DNA of 64,000 bases from Mobula hypostoma (Eukaryota): NCBI RefSeq assembly GCF_963921235.1, contig NC_086097.1:200510001-200574000 (forward strand), written 5' to 3'. Of the stretch, positions 49,171 through 60,730 are shown one piece after another (the first letter of the stretch is position 1; every line of letters begins with the position of its first letter). A program made the position numbers and the translations under genes. The notes beneath the pieces were generated by a model. It saw only the letters and a list, made by a program, of their open reading frames with translations, did not search any database and was not told the origin of the DNA.

Positions 49171-51633
49171 TTAGAGACTAACAAGCTTTACAATTGAATG
49201 AACACCTGCTGTATGTACACTTGCAGGAATCAATAAAATGTTGCCTAAATTGGCTATTACCTTTCAAATATTCTGCTGTATTATATGACGGCATCAAACT
49301 AAACACCGAAATATACAAACTATGTGTATTTGCCCAACTAGAAATCATGCTATAAAAATTACTTTTGTCTTTTTCTTTTAAGTACATTTTGCTTCCATTT
49401 TCCTGCTTAGAGAAAAATTGACATTGACCATTAATTTATACATCCAGGTGTGAAAAGTGTCTTATCAAGAACTATCCAATCCAACTGGATTGAGGAGACA
49501 GAGGGCTGCTAATCTTGTTTATACAGCAGGGACATAAGCAGCACCAGCGAGATGTGAGCTCTGCCCAATAAATCACAGGAACATCCACTCCCAGCACTGG
49601 TAGAAGGCCCTGTGTCAAGAATGCAAAATCATCAAAGATCCCCACCAGCCAAGCAATGCCATCTTTTTATGGCTACCATCAGACAGCAAGTATATTAGTC
49701 TGAAGTCCCACATCACCAGGTTCAAGGATAACTACTGCTTTTCAACTACTGAAATGGTTAAAAAATTTCCTTTTTATAAATGAAGTAAAGTGAGAAAACC
49801 TAACCATATTCATTTTGGTAATAATTTTCTATAAGCTATCAATATAGATAATTGATAACTTTTAGTGACTCCTCACAGAATTATATAGCATGGAACCAGA
49901 CCCTTCAGCCCAACTTACTATGTTACCCAGTGAGCTGGCCCTATCTGTCCTCATTTGGCATCAAAACAAGGTGAGAGGGAGCAGATTTGAAGGGGATCTG
50001 AGGGAAAAGCTTTTCCATACAGAGCGTTAAAATTTGGAATGAGGTGCTAAAGGAAGAGGTAAATGCAGATAAAGATCACTATATTTTGAAAAGCAGTTAG
50101 GTAGGCACTTGAATAGGCAAAATATAGAGCAAATGGAATTACTGCAAATGGAAATAAAGTTCAGCATGTACAGGGTGAGTCAAGGGCATGCTTCTGTGCT
50201 GAACAATTCTACGACTCTCATTGCCTCAGCAAAATGCAGGTCCCTTGATTAATAAACCATTAACATAGAATTTATTTATTTGGATATTTAAGACCCAGAT
50301 GCTCCCAATTTACTCCAGTTCTGAAATTTAGTTCTCCTCAGAACACAATAATAGAAAGATTCTCATCAGGAAGTCATGTTTATTTGTGATGGATTTGATT
50401 GGAGGCCTAAAATAAATGGGTTTGTTATGGCCATGGAACTTCACTTAGCTGTGCTGACTTGGGCACTAGGTGGGTCTCAAAGTGGACTTTGTTTTGAAAA
50501 ATGTAGGTAGCTTTTGGATGACTTACATCATTGTCTCATTTTTGTCCCTAAACTCTCAGATAATGGGGGCAATTTCACTGAAATCATAGTCCAAAATTTA
50601 AATACAACAAAGATTATATGGATTTTTGATCCTTCATGTTCATTAATGCATGTTCACTTATTAAAAATTGACAAATTTGTCATTAACATATGCTTGAGAA
50701 GATGTTCAAAACAGTTCGAGCTTTTAACTGTTATCTACTTCTACTATTGCATGAAATAAAGGCAAAGGAAAATTCTCCTCCCAATTTTTAACATTTTAGT
50801 TAACAATAGTTCATGCACAAACTACTTTTTTTCCTTTCCTGGCAAAGCTGAGCGACTGATTTTTACAGGTAGTCTCAAACTTTAAACAGTCCCTCAAATG
50901 TAATATTAATTTTTAAAATAGTAATGTTTAACATTTTAACAATAGAATTAGATGTATAATAATTTAACAATGCTAGCTTACACAATCAAGAATTGAAATT
51001 TTACAACTAAAATTAGTAATAGTATCTATCATAGAACTATTTAAGGAACTATCTAACATATTGTTATTGTTTTCTTTAAATAATGATCACAACATAGCTT
51101 CTTAGAACTCTAAAAATGTTTTTGTTACCTGAAATTTAACCTGATTTTCATTTGAATGACCATTTTTTACCACATCATACATTAATTATTCTGCATTTCA
51201 AAGTTCTAAAAAGGTATGCAAACATTTATTCATGAATTATCAAATTTCAGTCTGAGGTAATGGCATTTCTAAAATGCTTTGACTTACAGTACAGGTGAAT
51301 CTTTTTTCTATTTAATAGAATGTGGTTGAACTGCCATTATTTCAGATTAAAAAGTGATTTTCTCTTATATGCCCTCTATTTAAATATTAGGCTAAAGTAG
51401 CGCAAGTAGGTGAAGAGAAAGTTAACATATCATTTTCACACATTATGCCAATAATAATTCAGCATAAGAATATGAAAGTTAGATCAAGGATCACAATATG
51501 CCAAGAAATTAGCAATAATGGCCCCAAGGCCAACATATTATCGCATTCATAAATGTCCTTTTAGGGAGAAAATCTGTCATCTTATCCACTCTGGTATACC
51601 CTGTATACATCCATTCTGTATATATGAATCCTT

Positions 51634-53401
51634 TCTTTCTTTTTTCTTTTCAAATCTTTATTGTTATATTATACAAAAGAAATAACACGAGTACATCGAA
51701 GTAACAACACTTACAATGTCTCAAAGAAAACAAACATTATCTTAAAAGACTGAAAGCAAAAATTTTATGACAATAAAAAAACACTACTAAGCAGAAAAAG
51801 TGAGGGAAAAAACCCCATTAGGTGAACAACCCCGGAGCCATGCGTCATACAAAAAGCTTCTAAAAATAAACATCAAACCGCCAGCAAGAAAGAAAAAATA
51901 TACCAAAAAATTTACAATTAGATTGTGGAGAAAATCTATCAATTAGCTCAAATAATAATAATGAGCAAATGACCCCCATCTTTTCTCAAGGTTCAAAGGT
52001 TCGACTTCTAATTTTCTCCAAACTAAGACATAGCATCACTTGAGAGAACCATTGTGACAAATTGGGAGCTGATGTATCCTTCCACTTCAACAAAATGGCC
52101 CTCCTAGCTATCAATGTAACAAGTGCAATAACATGTTGGTCAGACACAGAAATACCATGAATATTTTGAGGAATTATTCCAAGAAGCACAATTTATTAGG
52201 TTGTAGATTAATTTTAAGTGCTTTAGAAATTGTTGAAAAAACTGACTTCCAGAACTGTTCCAATATAGAACAAGACCAAACATATGTGTCGGTGTAGCTA
52301 TCCCAGTTTTACATTTATCACAATAACTATCAACATTAGAAAACATTTTAGAAAGTCTCTCCTTCAACAAATGGTAACGATGTACAATTTTAAATTGAAT
52401 CAGTGAATGACTAGCACAAATCGAAGAAGAGTTAACCAACTTCAAAATCCCTATCCAATCCTCCATCATAAAAGTCAAATTGAATTTTTTCCCAATCCTG
52501 TTTAATCTTAGATAAAGGACGCTTATCCTATTGTAATAATAAATTATAAATTCTGCCAATAGAACCCTTCGTTGATACTCATAATAGTATCTAACAGGTC
52601 AGTCTCCAATAGATAAGGAAAATTACTTAAATATTTTTGTAAGAAATGTCCAACTTGAAGGTATTGCAAAAACCGTGAGCATGAAAGAGAATATTTATCA
52701 ATTAATTGTTCAAAGACATCAATCTATCTTCTTTAAATAGATCCTAAAAAGAATTAATACCTTTATTTTTCCAAAGTAAAAAAATTAGATCACTCAAAGA
52801 AGGCATAAAAAAAGTAATTTTGATAAATTAAACTGCAAAGTTTAAATTTTTTAAGATTAAAAAAATTATGGAGCTGGAGTCAAATTTGTAATCACAGGGT
52901 ATAGGTTTAAATTAGCAACTTTAGCTAATTGTATAGGTAAAGCAACTCCCAATAACGAGGTTAAATAAAACTGTTTCACAGCTTTCAGCTCCAGGTCTAC
53001 CCAAATTGGCCGATCGTTCTTATCAACCCAATATAACCAAAAGGACATGCATCTCACATTAACAGTTCAATAATACATTCTTAGATAAGGCAAAGCAAGA
53101 CCTCAATCCTTTTTCAAATTTTGTAAATGACATTCGCTAATTCTTGGTCTTTTATTATTCCAAATAAAAGATAAAATAATAGAATTCATCCGATCAAAAA
53201 ACTTCCTAGTCAAAAAAAAGGGATATTCTGAAATAAATTTAAAAATTTTGGGAAGATCATCATTTTAATTATAAGAATATGACCAACAAGTGAAAATGTA
53301 TGTGGACTCCATCTACTAAATAAATAATTAATAGAGTCTGCTAAGGGAACAAAATTGGCTTTATAAAGATCCTTATATTTTTTAGTAATTATAACACCTA
53401 A
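51634..53401 (-). mobile_element. 5'-truncated L1-clade LINE
   Basis: H.LIQFKIVHR...C.KCK.....THM Cys/His knuckle, ARR.ILL.WK motif, AATAAA plus A-rich tail, GAATCCTT TSD (51626-51633, 53402-53409). Confidence 0.85.
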
Positions 53402-53828
53402 GAATCCTTATCCATTCTAGTATGGTTCCATTTTAAATATCTTGAAATGGCATAGGAAGCCACTTTATTACACCATAACTGCTATGTTAAAGGAGATAAA
53501 GAGACCCCAGCATTGACCTGGGACTAAACTAATTCATGGCAAAGTTGTTTTTAATCTAGTCTGCCTTCCAAAGTCTTCCTCTCATTAACATCATGTGATG
53601 GGTGACTAAATTGGGGAAGCTATTGCAAAGGCTAGTTAAACAACAACTTGAGACAATCATACACTGCAGACAGCATATCAGACTCACCACGACAACCCCT
53701 GGTTAAATGCTAATCCACACCAGCAGGATAGAGCCACAACAGGATGAAGTACAGTGTTATGTTGGCAAGATGAAGCATCCCTGGGAATCCTCAGCATCTA
53801 CTCCCGATCTAATGACGTCACGTGGTAT

Positions 53829-54703
53829 TGTTACATAATCGGCAACAATGAATATCAATTGAGTCAGGTTATACAAAAACAACCAAACGTTTATTAAACA
53901 CGGATAAACAATAACAACAAACGAAAACCTTAACCAGAAGTTAACCGCTATGCGACCGTTCAACAAATCGTCACTCGCTACCGGTTGTCAAAACGATAAA
54001 TTCGAAAACAGTTCTTAAAGTGGTAAAGTCAAACACAGTTCTTAAAATGGTAAATTCTAAAGTCCAACAGATTTATACATTCAATTGGGAGAGACTTCTC
54101 TGAAAAAGGATTTCTTCATAGACGTGACTTTTCTTCTGGTTCTGTCCAAAGGATTCACGAGGAAGGAAATAGACGGCTTAAAACAACTGACCTTAATTTC
54201 TAGAGAGCACCTTGCATGAACTTCCTTTCTCTTTTGGCAGGAGTTATCTTTAATGCAGGTTGCTACTTCTTCAACGAATACTCAATAAGGTCGATCCTTT
54301 ATTAAACTGCTGCACATTCCCGACTTCTCTTAATCCTTCATATCCTGTACTTCGATAAAGTCTTCACTCTCCAATACCACTGAAAAGGTACATCGACAAA
54401 TCTAGCAAAAAGAGTAAACTGCCAATCCAGCACTATTGTACCCTACAATAGAACGTAAAACTCCGTTTTAAAAATGAAACTGCGTCATAAAACAAATACG
54501 CAACTGAACGGAGACGATGACGAACGTTCTAGCTGGAAAACTAAAAACTAAATTGCATCACCTGAGGTCTTCCCTTTTATACCCATGGTGAACATGTCAT
54601 CACGTGATCTCACATCGGCGAGAATATTACATCAGGTGACCTCCAAAAGACCATTACATTATTCTCACAAGAAAGTCACAAGATCTCCTTGAGGTATGTA
54701 ACA
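53829..54703 (-). mobile_element. Solo LTR (875 bp, Gypsy-like)
   Basis: TGTTACATA...TATGTAACA termini and 4-bp GTAT TSD. Minus-strand TATAAAA (54575-54581) and AATAAA (53890-53895). Confidence 0.88.
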
Positions 54704-54788
54704 GTATCAAATCAAATCTGGGGGGAAATAACCTCCATCTGATTACAATTGACTTTCCTATTTAGGCTGCTAAATCAACACTTAATCA

Positions 54789-55590
54789 TGAACACAAGAG
54801 ATTCTGCAGATGCTGGAAATCCAGAGCAACACACACATAACACTAGAGGAACTCACTCAGCAGGTCAGGCAGCATCTATGGAAATAAATCAACAGTTGAC
54901 GTTATGGGCTGCAACGCTTCACAAGGACTGGAAAGGAAGGGGGAAGAAGCCAAAATAAGGTGGGGAAAGGGGAAAAGTACAAGCTAGAAGGCGGTAGTGT
55001 TCTAGTGTTGGCACATGGCCAAGTGGTTAAGGCATTCGTCTAGTGATTTGAAGGTCACTAGTTCGAGCCTTGGCTGAGGCAGCATGCGTGTCCTTGAGCA
55101 AGTCACTTAACCACACATTGCTCTGCGATGACATCAGTGCCAAGCTGTATGGGTCTTAATGCCCTTCCCTTGGACAACATCGGTGGCGTAGAGGGGGGAG
55201 ACTTGCAGCATGGGCAACTGCTGGTCTTCCGTACAACCTTGCCCACGCCTGCACTCTGGAAACTTTCCAAGGTGCAAATCCATGGTCTCATGAGACTAAC
55301 GGATGCCTACGTATAAATAAAGAAGGCGCCAGGTGAAGCTAGGTGGGTACGGGAGGGGGAATGAAGTAAGAAGCTGGAAGGTGATAGGTGGAAAAGGTAA
55401 AGGACAGGAAGAGGAGGAACCTGCTAGGAAAGGAGAGTGGACCACAAGAGAATAGGAAGAAGGAGGGGCACTGGGGGAGGCAACAGGCAGGTGACGAGAA
55501 GAGAAGAGGTAACAGGGAAGCCAGGGCGAGGAAATGAATAAGAGCTAAAGGGGAGGGGAAAATTTACAGTAAATTAGAGAAATCGAATCA
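54789..55590 (-). mobile_element. PLE 3' terminal fragment interrupted by a SINE
   Basis: Similar to 8465-8830, with a degenerate hammerhead at about 54893-54930. Confidence 0.7.
54994..55320 (+). mobile_element. tRNA-derived CORE-like SINE (same family as 30916-31224)
   Basis: A and B boxes, CCTTGAGCAAGTCACTTAACC, and AGAAGGCG TSD (54986-54993, 55321-55328). Confidence 0.85.
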
Positions 55591-57246
55591 ACACTTCTCC
55601 ATTTTGAACATAATTTGTCGAAGCATTGAAGGGGTTGGTACTACGACCTGGTTCTTTTGTCAAGCTTGTGTTTTCCCGACCACAAACACCAAACGATCAA
55701 ATCCCATCCATTCTCTTTACCAAGGGATTTTGCCTCTGTAGTCTTGACTGCAGTTTACATACCACCAACGGCCGACTATAATCAAGCACTCATTGGGTCT
55801 GCAGTAGTTTCTGAGAATGATTGACCACATCCTTGCCAATCTACCAAGCTCAATAATAGGAGAGGGAATGGCATTAGCAGTTGTTGTGGAGACAATGTTC
55901 TGCCTTCACACCCAACACCCATTGTATTGTCTAAGCTTTCAATCGTACTATATGGAATAGACTCTAGTTCTGGCAATTTAGAATGGGCAGTGATCAGACA
56001 TTATGGTCTATCAATAGCAACAGAAATAAGTAAAATGAACGCAAAAAAAGTATGCTGGAAATATTATCAGGCACATATAAAAATAAGGTGCTAATCTAGT
56101 GAAATTGCAATACAGGATAACAAAACAGGAAAATGATCATGTAAGGTAAGGTAATCAATAGACAATAGGTGCAGGAGTAGGCCATTTGGCCCTTTGAGCC
56201 AGCACCGCCATTCACTGTGATCATGGCTGATCATCCACAATCAGTATCCAGTTCCTGCCTTATCCCCATAACCTTTGATTCCGCTATCTTCAAGAGCTCT
56301 ATCCGTCTCTTTCTTGAAAGCATCCGGAGACTTGGCCTCCACTGCCTTCTGGGGCAGAGCAATCAAAAGATCAGACCAAAGTTCTGCAGGACTACTGTAC
56401 CTAATCACATAGAGCTAAATCCAATCTATTGAAGGAATTCGGAAGATTGAGCAGCATTTGTGGGAGGAAATGAATTGGCAATATTTCCTTTCCTCCCACA
56501 GATGCTGCTCAATCCACTGAGTTCCTCAAGCAGATTACTTGTTGCTCCATCAGTACCAAAACTGTTCCTGTTCAACAGTTGTTTGTTAATTTTCTATAAT
56601 AAATTATCCAGTCGCTATCTGTAAGAAAGCATCATTGAGCCTTGTCTTTTCTTTTTCATATACTTTTAGAGGTGTATAAAATCATGAGCGATATAGATAG
56701 GGTGAATACTCTCAGCCGTTTTCCCCAGAGATGGGGTATCAAGAACTAAAGGATAAGGGAGCAGAAAGATTTAAAAAGAACTTGAAGGGCAACTTTTAAA
56801 TTACAAAGGGTGGTATGTATACAGTATCATCTGCTAGAGGAAGTTGTTGAGACAGGTATAATGCCAATTTTTAAAAGACAATTGGACAGATACATGGCTT
56901 GCAAAGGATTAAAAGATTATGGGTCAAACACGGGCAAATGTGACTAGCTTTTTTGGTATATTTTATTTGACATGACCACTTTAGCCAAAGAACCTGTTTC
57001 TACACTGTGTAACCTTAGGACTCTAATGTCTGTAATGTTTTAAACTGGATAACTCATTGTTTCTCTTCTCTTGCATCAACTTCTTGTGTGCCTTTGCTGA
57101 GCTCCAAAACTGTTTCATTGAGGAAATTAACAGTAAATGATTCATCAACATAATTGAAAGTTTTACATCTGGTAAATAATTAACAATCAAAATAAGAAAA
57201 TTTTACTATCATTATTGCACAATTCGGCAAATTCAGCTAGACTTAC

Positions 57247-57414
57247 CGATCTTAGGAATCAAATTATTTTGAAAGTAAAGAATTTTCAGATCTCTACACC
57301 ATTTGTCAATGTGCTCAATTTTCTCTATTTCTTGTTGGTGCAATGAAATTTCTTCCAGAGAAAATATCTCACAATTATTATGCTCTGCGCGTTGCCTTAT
57401 CAAGCTTTCAGTGA
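57247..57414 (-). CDS. LRRC6: LRRC6 exon 2 ([56 protein letters not shown])
   Basis: ttacag| acceptor and |gtaagt donor, 168 nt. Peptide closely matches the LRRC6 N-terminal LRR region as I recall it. Confidence 0.97.
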
Positions 57415-57679
57415 CTGTAAGACAGCAAAATAAGGAAAACAACACTATAAATTTTGGTAATATCTTTAAGGCAATCAGTGCATAGAATTGATATATCAGT
57501 TGATAAATCTAAATCTAGATTAAATGGCATAACAAATGATAAAAGGAGTTCCAATCTACAGACAACTGCCACTGGATTCTGATGAGATTGCTAATTTAAA
57601 GCAGGAGACCAGAGTCAGTGCTCATTGGTAGTAACATCTCCTCGCTGTCAATCAACTCAGGAACAGCTCAATGATGCTG

Positions 57680-58545
57680 CTTAGTCCACTGCTATAATCC
57701 CTCTACACTCATGACCATATGGTTAGATATAGCTCAAATGACATCTAGACATTTGCTTTGGACACCACTGTTGTTGGCAGAATCTCAAATGGCAATGAGA
57801 AGGCATACAGGAGTCAGACAGATTGGTTGGTTGAGTGATGTCACAGCCACAGCCACCCACTCAACATCAGCAAGGAACTGACTGTTGACTTCAGGAAGAG
57901 GGAGTCAGGAGAGTACACACCAGTCCTCAGTGAGGATTGTAGGAGTTAGTAGTGGAAGTGGTAGTGGAGCAGCTGCACGTTTCTGGGTGTTAACATCTCA
58001 ATGGATCTATTCTGGGCCCAACACATCACAAAGGCACACCGATACAATACTTCATTAGCAGTTTGGTATACAGCCAAAGACTTCTGTAATTTGCCATAGA
58101 TAAATGGTAGAGAGCATTCTGACTGGTTGTATCACAGCCTGGTATGGAGGCTCCAATGAACAGGATCGCTGCAGAGGATTGCAGACTCAGCCAGTTCCAA
58201 CATGGGCACAACCCTCCCAGCCATCAAGGACATCATGAAGAGGTGACGCCTCAAGAAGGTGACAACCATCGTTAAAGACCCTCACCATCCAGAACATGTC
58301 CTCTTCATGTTTCTACTGTCGGAGAGGAAGTACAAGAGACTGAAGCCCCAAATACAACGTTTTAAGAATAGCTTCTTCACCTTCACCATCAGATTACCGA
58401 CAGTCTATGAACACCAACTCATTATTCGTCGTGTGCCCGGTCATTTTTTGTACCTTTAGCAATTTTGTCTTGCATTGCACCGCTGCCGCAAAACAAACTT
58501 CATGACGTACATCTGTGATGATAAACCTGAGTCTTATTCCGAGTC
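57680..58545 (+). mobile_element. Rex1/Babar LINE fragment
   Basis: DFRK, ESILTGCITAWYG, I.KDPHHP and RFKNSFF remnants. Confidence 0.75.
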
Positions 58546-59077
58546 ATAAATATGCAAAGCAAAAAAAAACCCTGAAAAATCTCGCAGGGCAGACAGCAAG
58601 ATGGGGGGGGGGGGGAGGAGGGAGGGAGGGGGTGGAACAAAAAAGACATTTCAAGTCGACAGCAAACATTTATGCGAACTTTGTGGGGTCATTACATCCA
58701 GTTCAAATGTTTTATTTGCCAACAGAACATTACAGTTGTCTGCATGCCGTATGTAGGACACGTTAAATTAGATGCAAGGCTTCATCTATCTGCTCTTTCT
58801 GACCCAGTGATATATTGGGTCTTTAATGGGTATTCCCCTTGCTACCTAGCCCCGCCAACGCCCGGCCCATGGCGGGATCGCTGGTAAAATGAAGGCGCTG
58901 AGCTTCCCATCCGTTTGAACTGGGGAGCTGGGCGAGTCGGCAGCCCGACGCTACCGGCCTTGCCGTAAGCGGCCACCGGTCCGGGACAGAAGGACGCAGG
59001 TCGGGGCAGAGGGGTTAGGGTAACAAGTTTTCCTTGTTGTCGCGACGCTACCATCACCCCAACTCCCACCTACTCAC

Positions 59078-59087
59078 TTCGCACCAT
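59078..59087 (-). CDS. LRRC6: LRRC6/DNAAF11 coding exon 1 (M-V-R + first base of I)
   Basis: Minus strand reads gccgccATGGTGCGAA|gtgagt: strong Kozak context and consensus donor. The 10-nt phase-1 exon joins exon 2 as ATC (Ile). Confidence 0.9.
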
Positions 59088-59109
59088 GGCGGCTTCTCCA
59101 AACTCTTCG

Positions 59110-59123
59110 GTAACCATGGAAAC
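59110..59123. promoter_or_regulatory. RFX-binding X-box
   Basis: GTAACCATGGAAAC (reverse complement GTTTCCATGGTTAC) fits the palindromic X-box, 23 nt upstream of the ATG of a motile-cilia gene. Confidence 0.8.
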
Positions 59124-59753
59124 CAAATCCCGCCCTTTCCTTCCTTCTTCCCCAGTTTCTCCAATCACAACAGCCCGAACTTTCGAGGCGGAGATTGTCA
59201 TGGTCGCTCGAATACATCTTTTTAAAAATATAACTGTTCAAGGAAAGGTGTTGAAGTCGACAATATCTCTTAGGAGTACACTTTGGGGGCGGGGGGGGGA
59301 GACAGACATGTATTGTTGACAGCAGAGGAATGCCCCACAATGATAAGTTTTTTTTGGCTCTAACCCACAATCCAGACACCCACGCACTATAAAACCAATA
59401 TTCACCCAGAATGCGTGTTATTGGACTGGGGATCTTGCGCTAATCGCAACTTTCCGCTGGGGTGACGGAAAATCGTGCAAATCCCCTTGCTCTCCACTGT
59501 GCCGGATATCTGACTCAAAACAGCGTGTGAACGTCAAACTCTTGAGTTCAAGAACAATGAATGAAAAAAAAAGTCGAAAATCAAACTACTGCAGATGCTG
59601 GAAGTCTGAAGTAAAAGAAAATGCTCCAAACACTCTATGGGTCAGGTAGCTTGTGCAAAAAGAGAAACACAGCTTATTAGAACATTTAAACATTTAGAAA
59701 GTTTTTGACAAGAACAGGTTATTCGCCCAACAAAGCAGCCAAATTCCTGTTCA

Positions 59754-60730
59754 AGCAACTGTTACGAGAATACACATAAAATTAAGATGTTTGCTGGCCT
59801 GGGCTAGCATCAGTGGCATCAGCAGTTGGTCTGCCACCTGCCCTCAGGGGAAGGAGAGATAAGGAACAATGGAGCAGCGTCTGGAGATGTGTAATGAAGG
59901 GATGTGGGAGGAAGAGCTGTCTGGAGCGGCTCCCCCCTTTGAACCCTGAACTGTTTGAAGTGATGGACAGGCGATACCCCAGCAGGGGGATAAAAAGGGA
60001 CAGGTTCGCTAAGACAGACACACACGCCACCCGAGGTAACGAGATCCTGGAAGCGGTACGCTTCTCACGAGTGGGTGGAAAGGTACGATCAGCGGGAACC
60101 CGGTGTGCGTCCGCCCTTGCCTGGGTGCCGGGTTCACTGCAGAGGATCGACCGCATCTGGAGGAGGGGTCACAGTCGGTGACCTCAGGTGACATCACCAA
60201 GGACCCGCCCAAAAAGCTGTTTGTGAGCCATCTCGCTGGTCTGTGAGTGAAGCCGTTCTGAATGATGAGTTGTTCCTATTCTATCTCTCTCTTCCCCCAC
60301 ATTGTCCACCGCCATGGCAACGATTACTGCGAACTGAACTACTAAACTGGACTGAACTTTGAGTCATTTTGAAATTGGTCATTTACCCCTAGACAACGAT
60401 AGAGCTTGATTGATGCTGTTATCTTAATTCTGTGCACATGTGTGGTTATCATTGTTGAATTGTTGCATTTATTATCCTTTCGATTACTGTGTTGCTTGTT
60501 TCTTTAATAAAACTTTCTTAGTTCTAGTACTCCAGACTCCAACTGAGTGATCCATTTCTGCTGGTTTGGCAACCCAGTTACGGGGTACGTAACACAACAC
60601 ACATCAAAGTTGCTGGTGAACGCAGCAGGCCAGGCAGCATTTCTAGGAAGAGGTACAGTTGACGTTTCGGGCCGAGACCAGGGTTGAATTTCCAGCATCT
60701 GCAGAATTCCTCGTGTTTGCATTTGCAAAA
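59754..60730. mobile_element. PLE-terminal insertion split by the solo LTR
   Basis: AGCAAC|LTR|ACACATCAAAGTTGCTGG... reconstitutes the family sequence. TCCTGTTCA TSD (59745-59753, 60731-60739). Confidence 0.8.
59760..60594 (+). mobile_element. Solo LTR (835 bp, Gypsy-like)
   Basis: TGTTACG...CGTAACA termini, 4-bp CAAC TSD, AATAAA at about 60506. Confidence 0.88.

Larger units (their letters stand above)
58850..59210. promoter_or_regulatory. CpG-rich promoter / first-exon region of LRRC6, with a CCAAT at 59161-59165
   Basis: Local high GC and CpG density in an otherwise AT-rich, CpG-poor window, spanning exon 1. Confidence 0.7.

Noticed and set aside
55005..55080. tRNA gene
   Set aside because: The A/B boxes belong to a SINE head that continues into CORE-like and tail sequence with a TSD. 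A second copy lies at 30916-31224.
58602..58634. G-run with G-quadruplex potential in intron 1
   Set aside because: It is low-complexity sequence within a degenerate repeat, with no evidence of function.
59782..60212. Overlapping GC-rich ORFs upstream of LRRC6 as a divergent gene
   Set aside because: They lie inside a solo LTR and show no recognisable domain.
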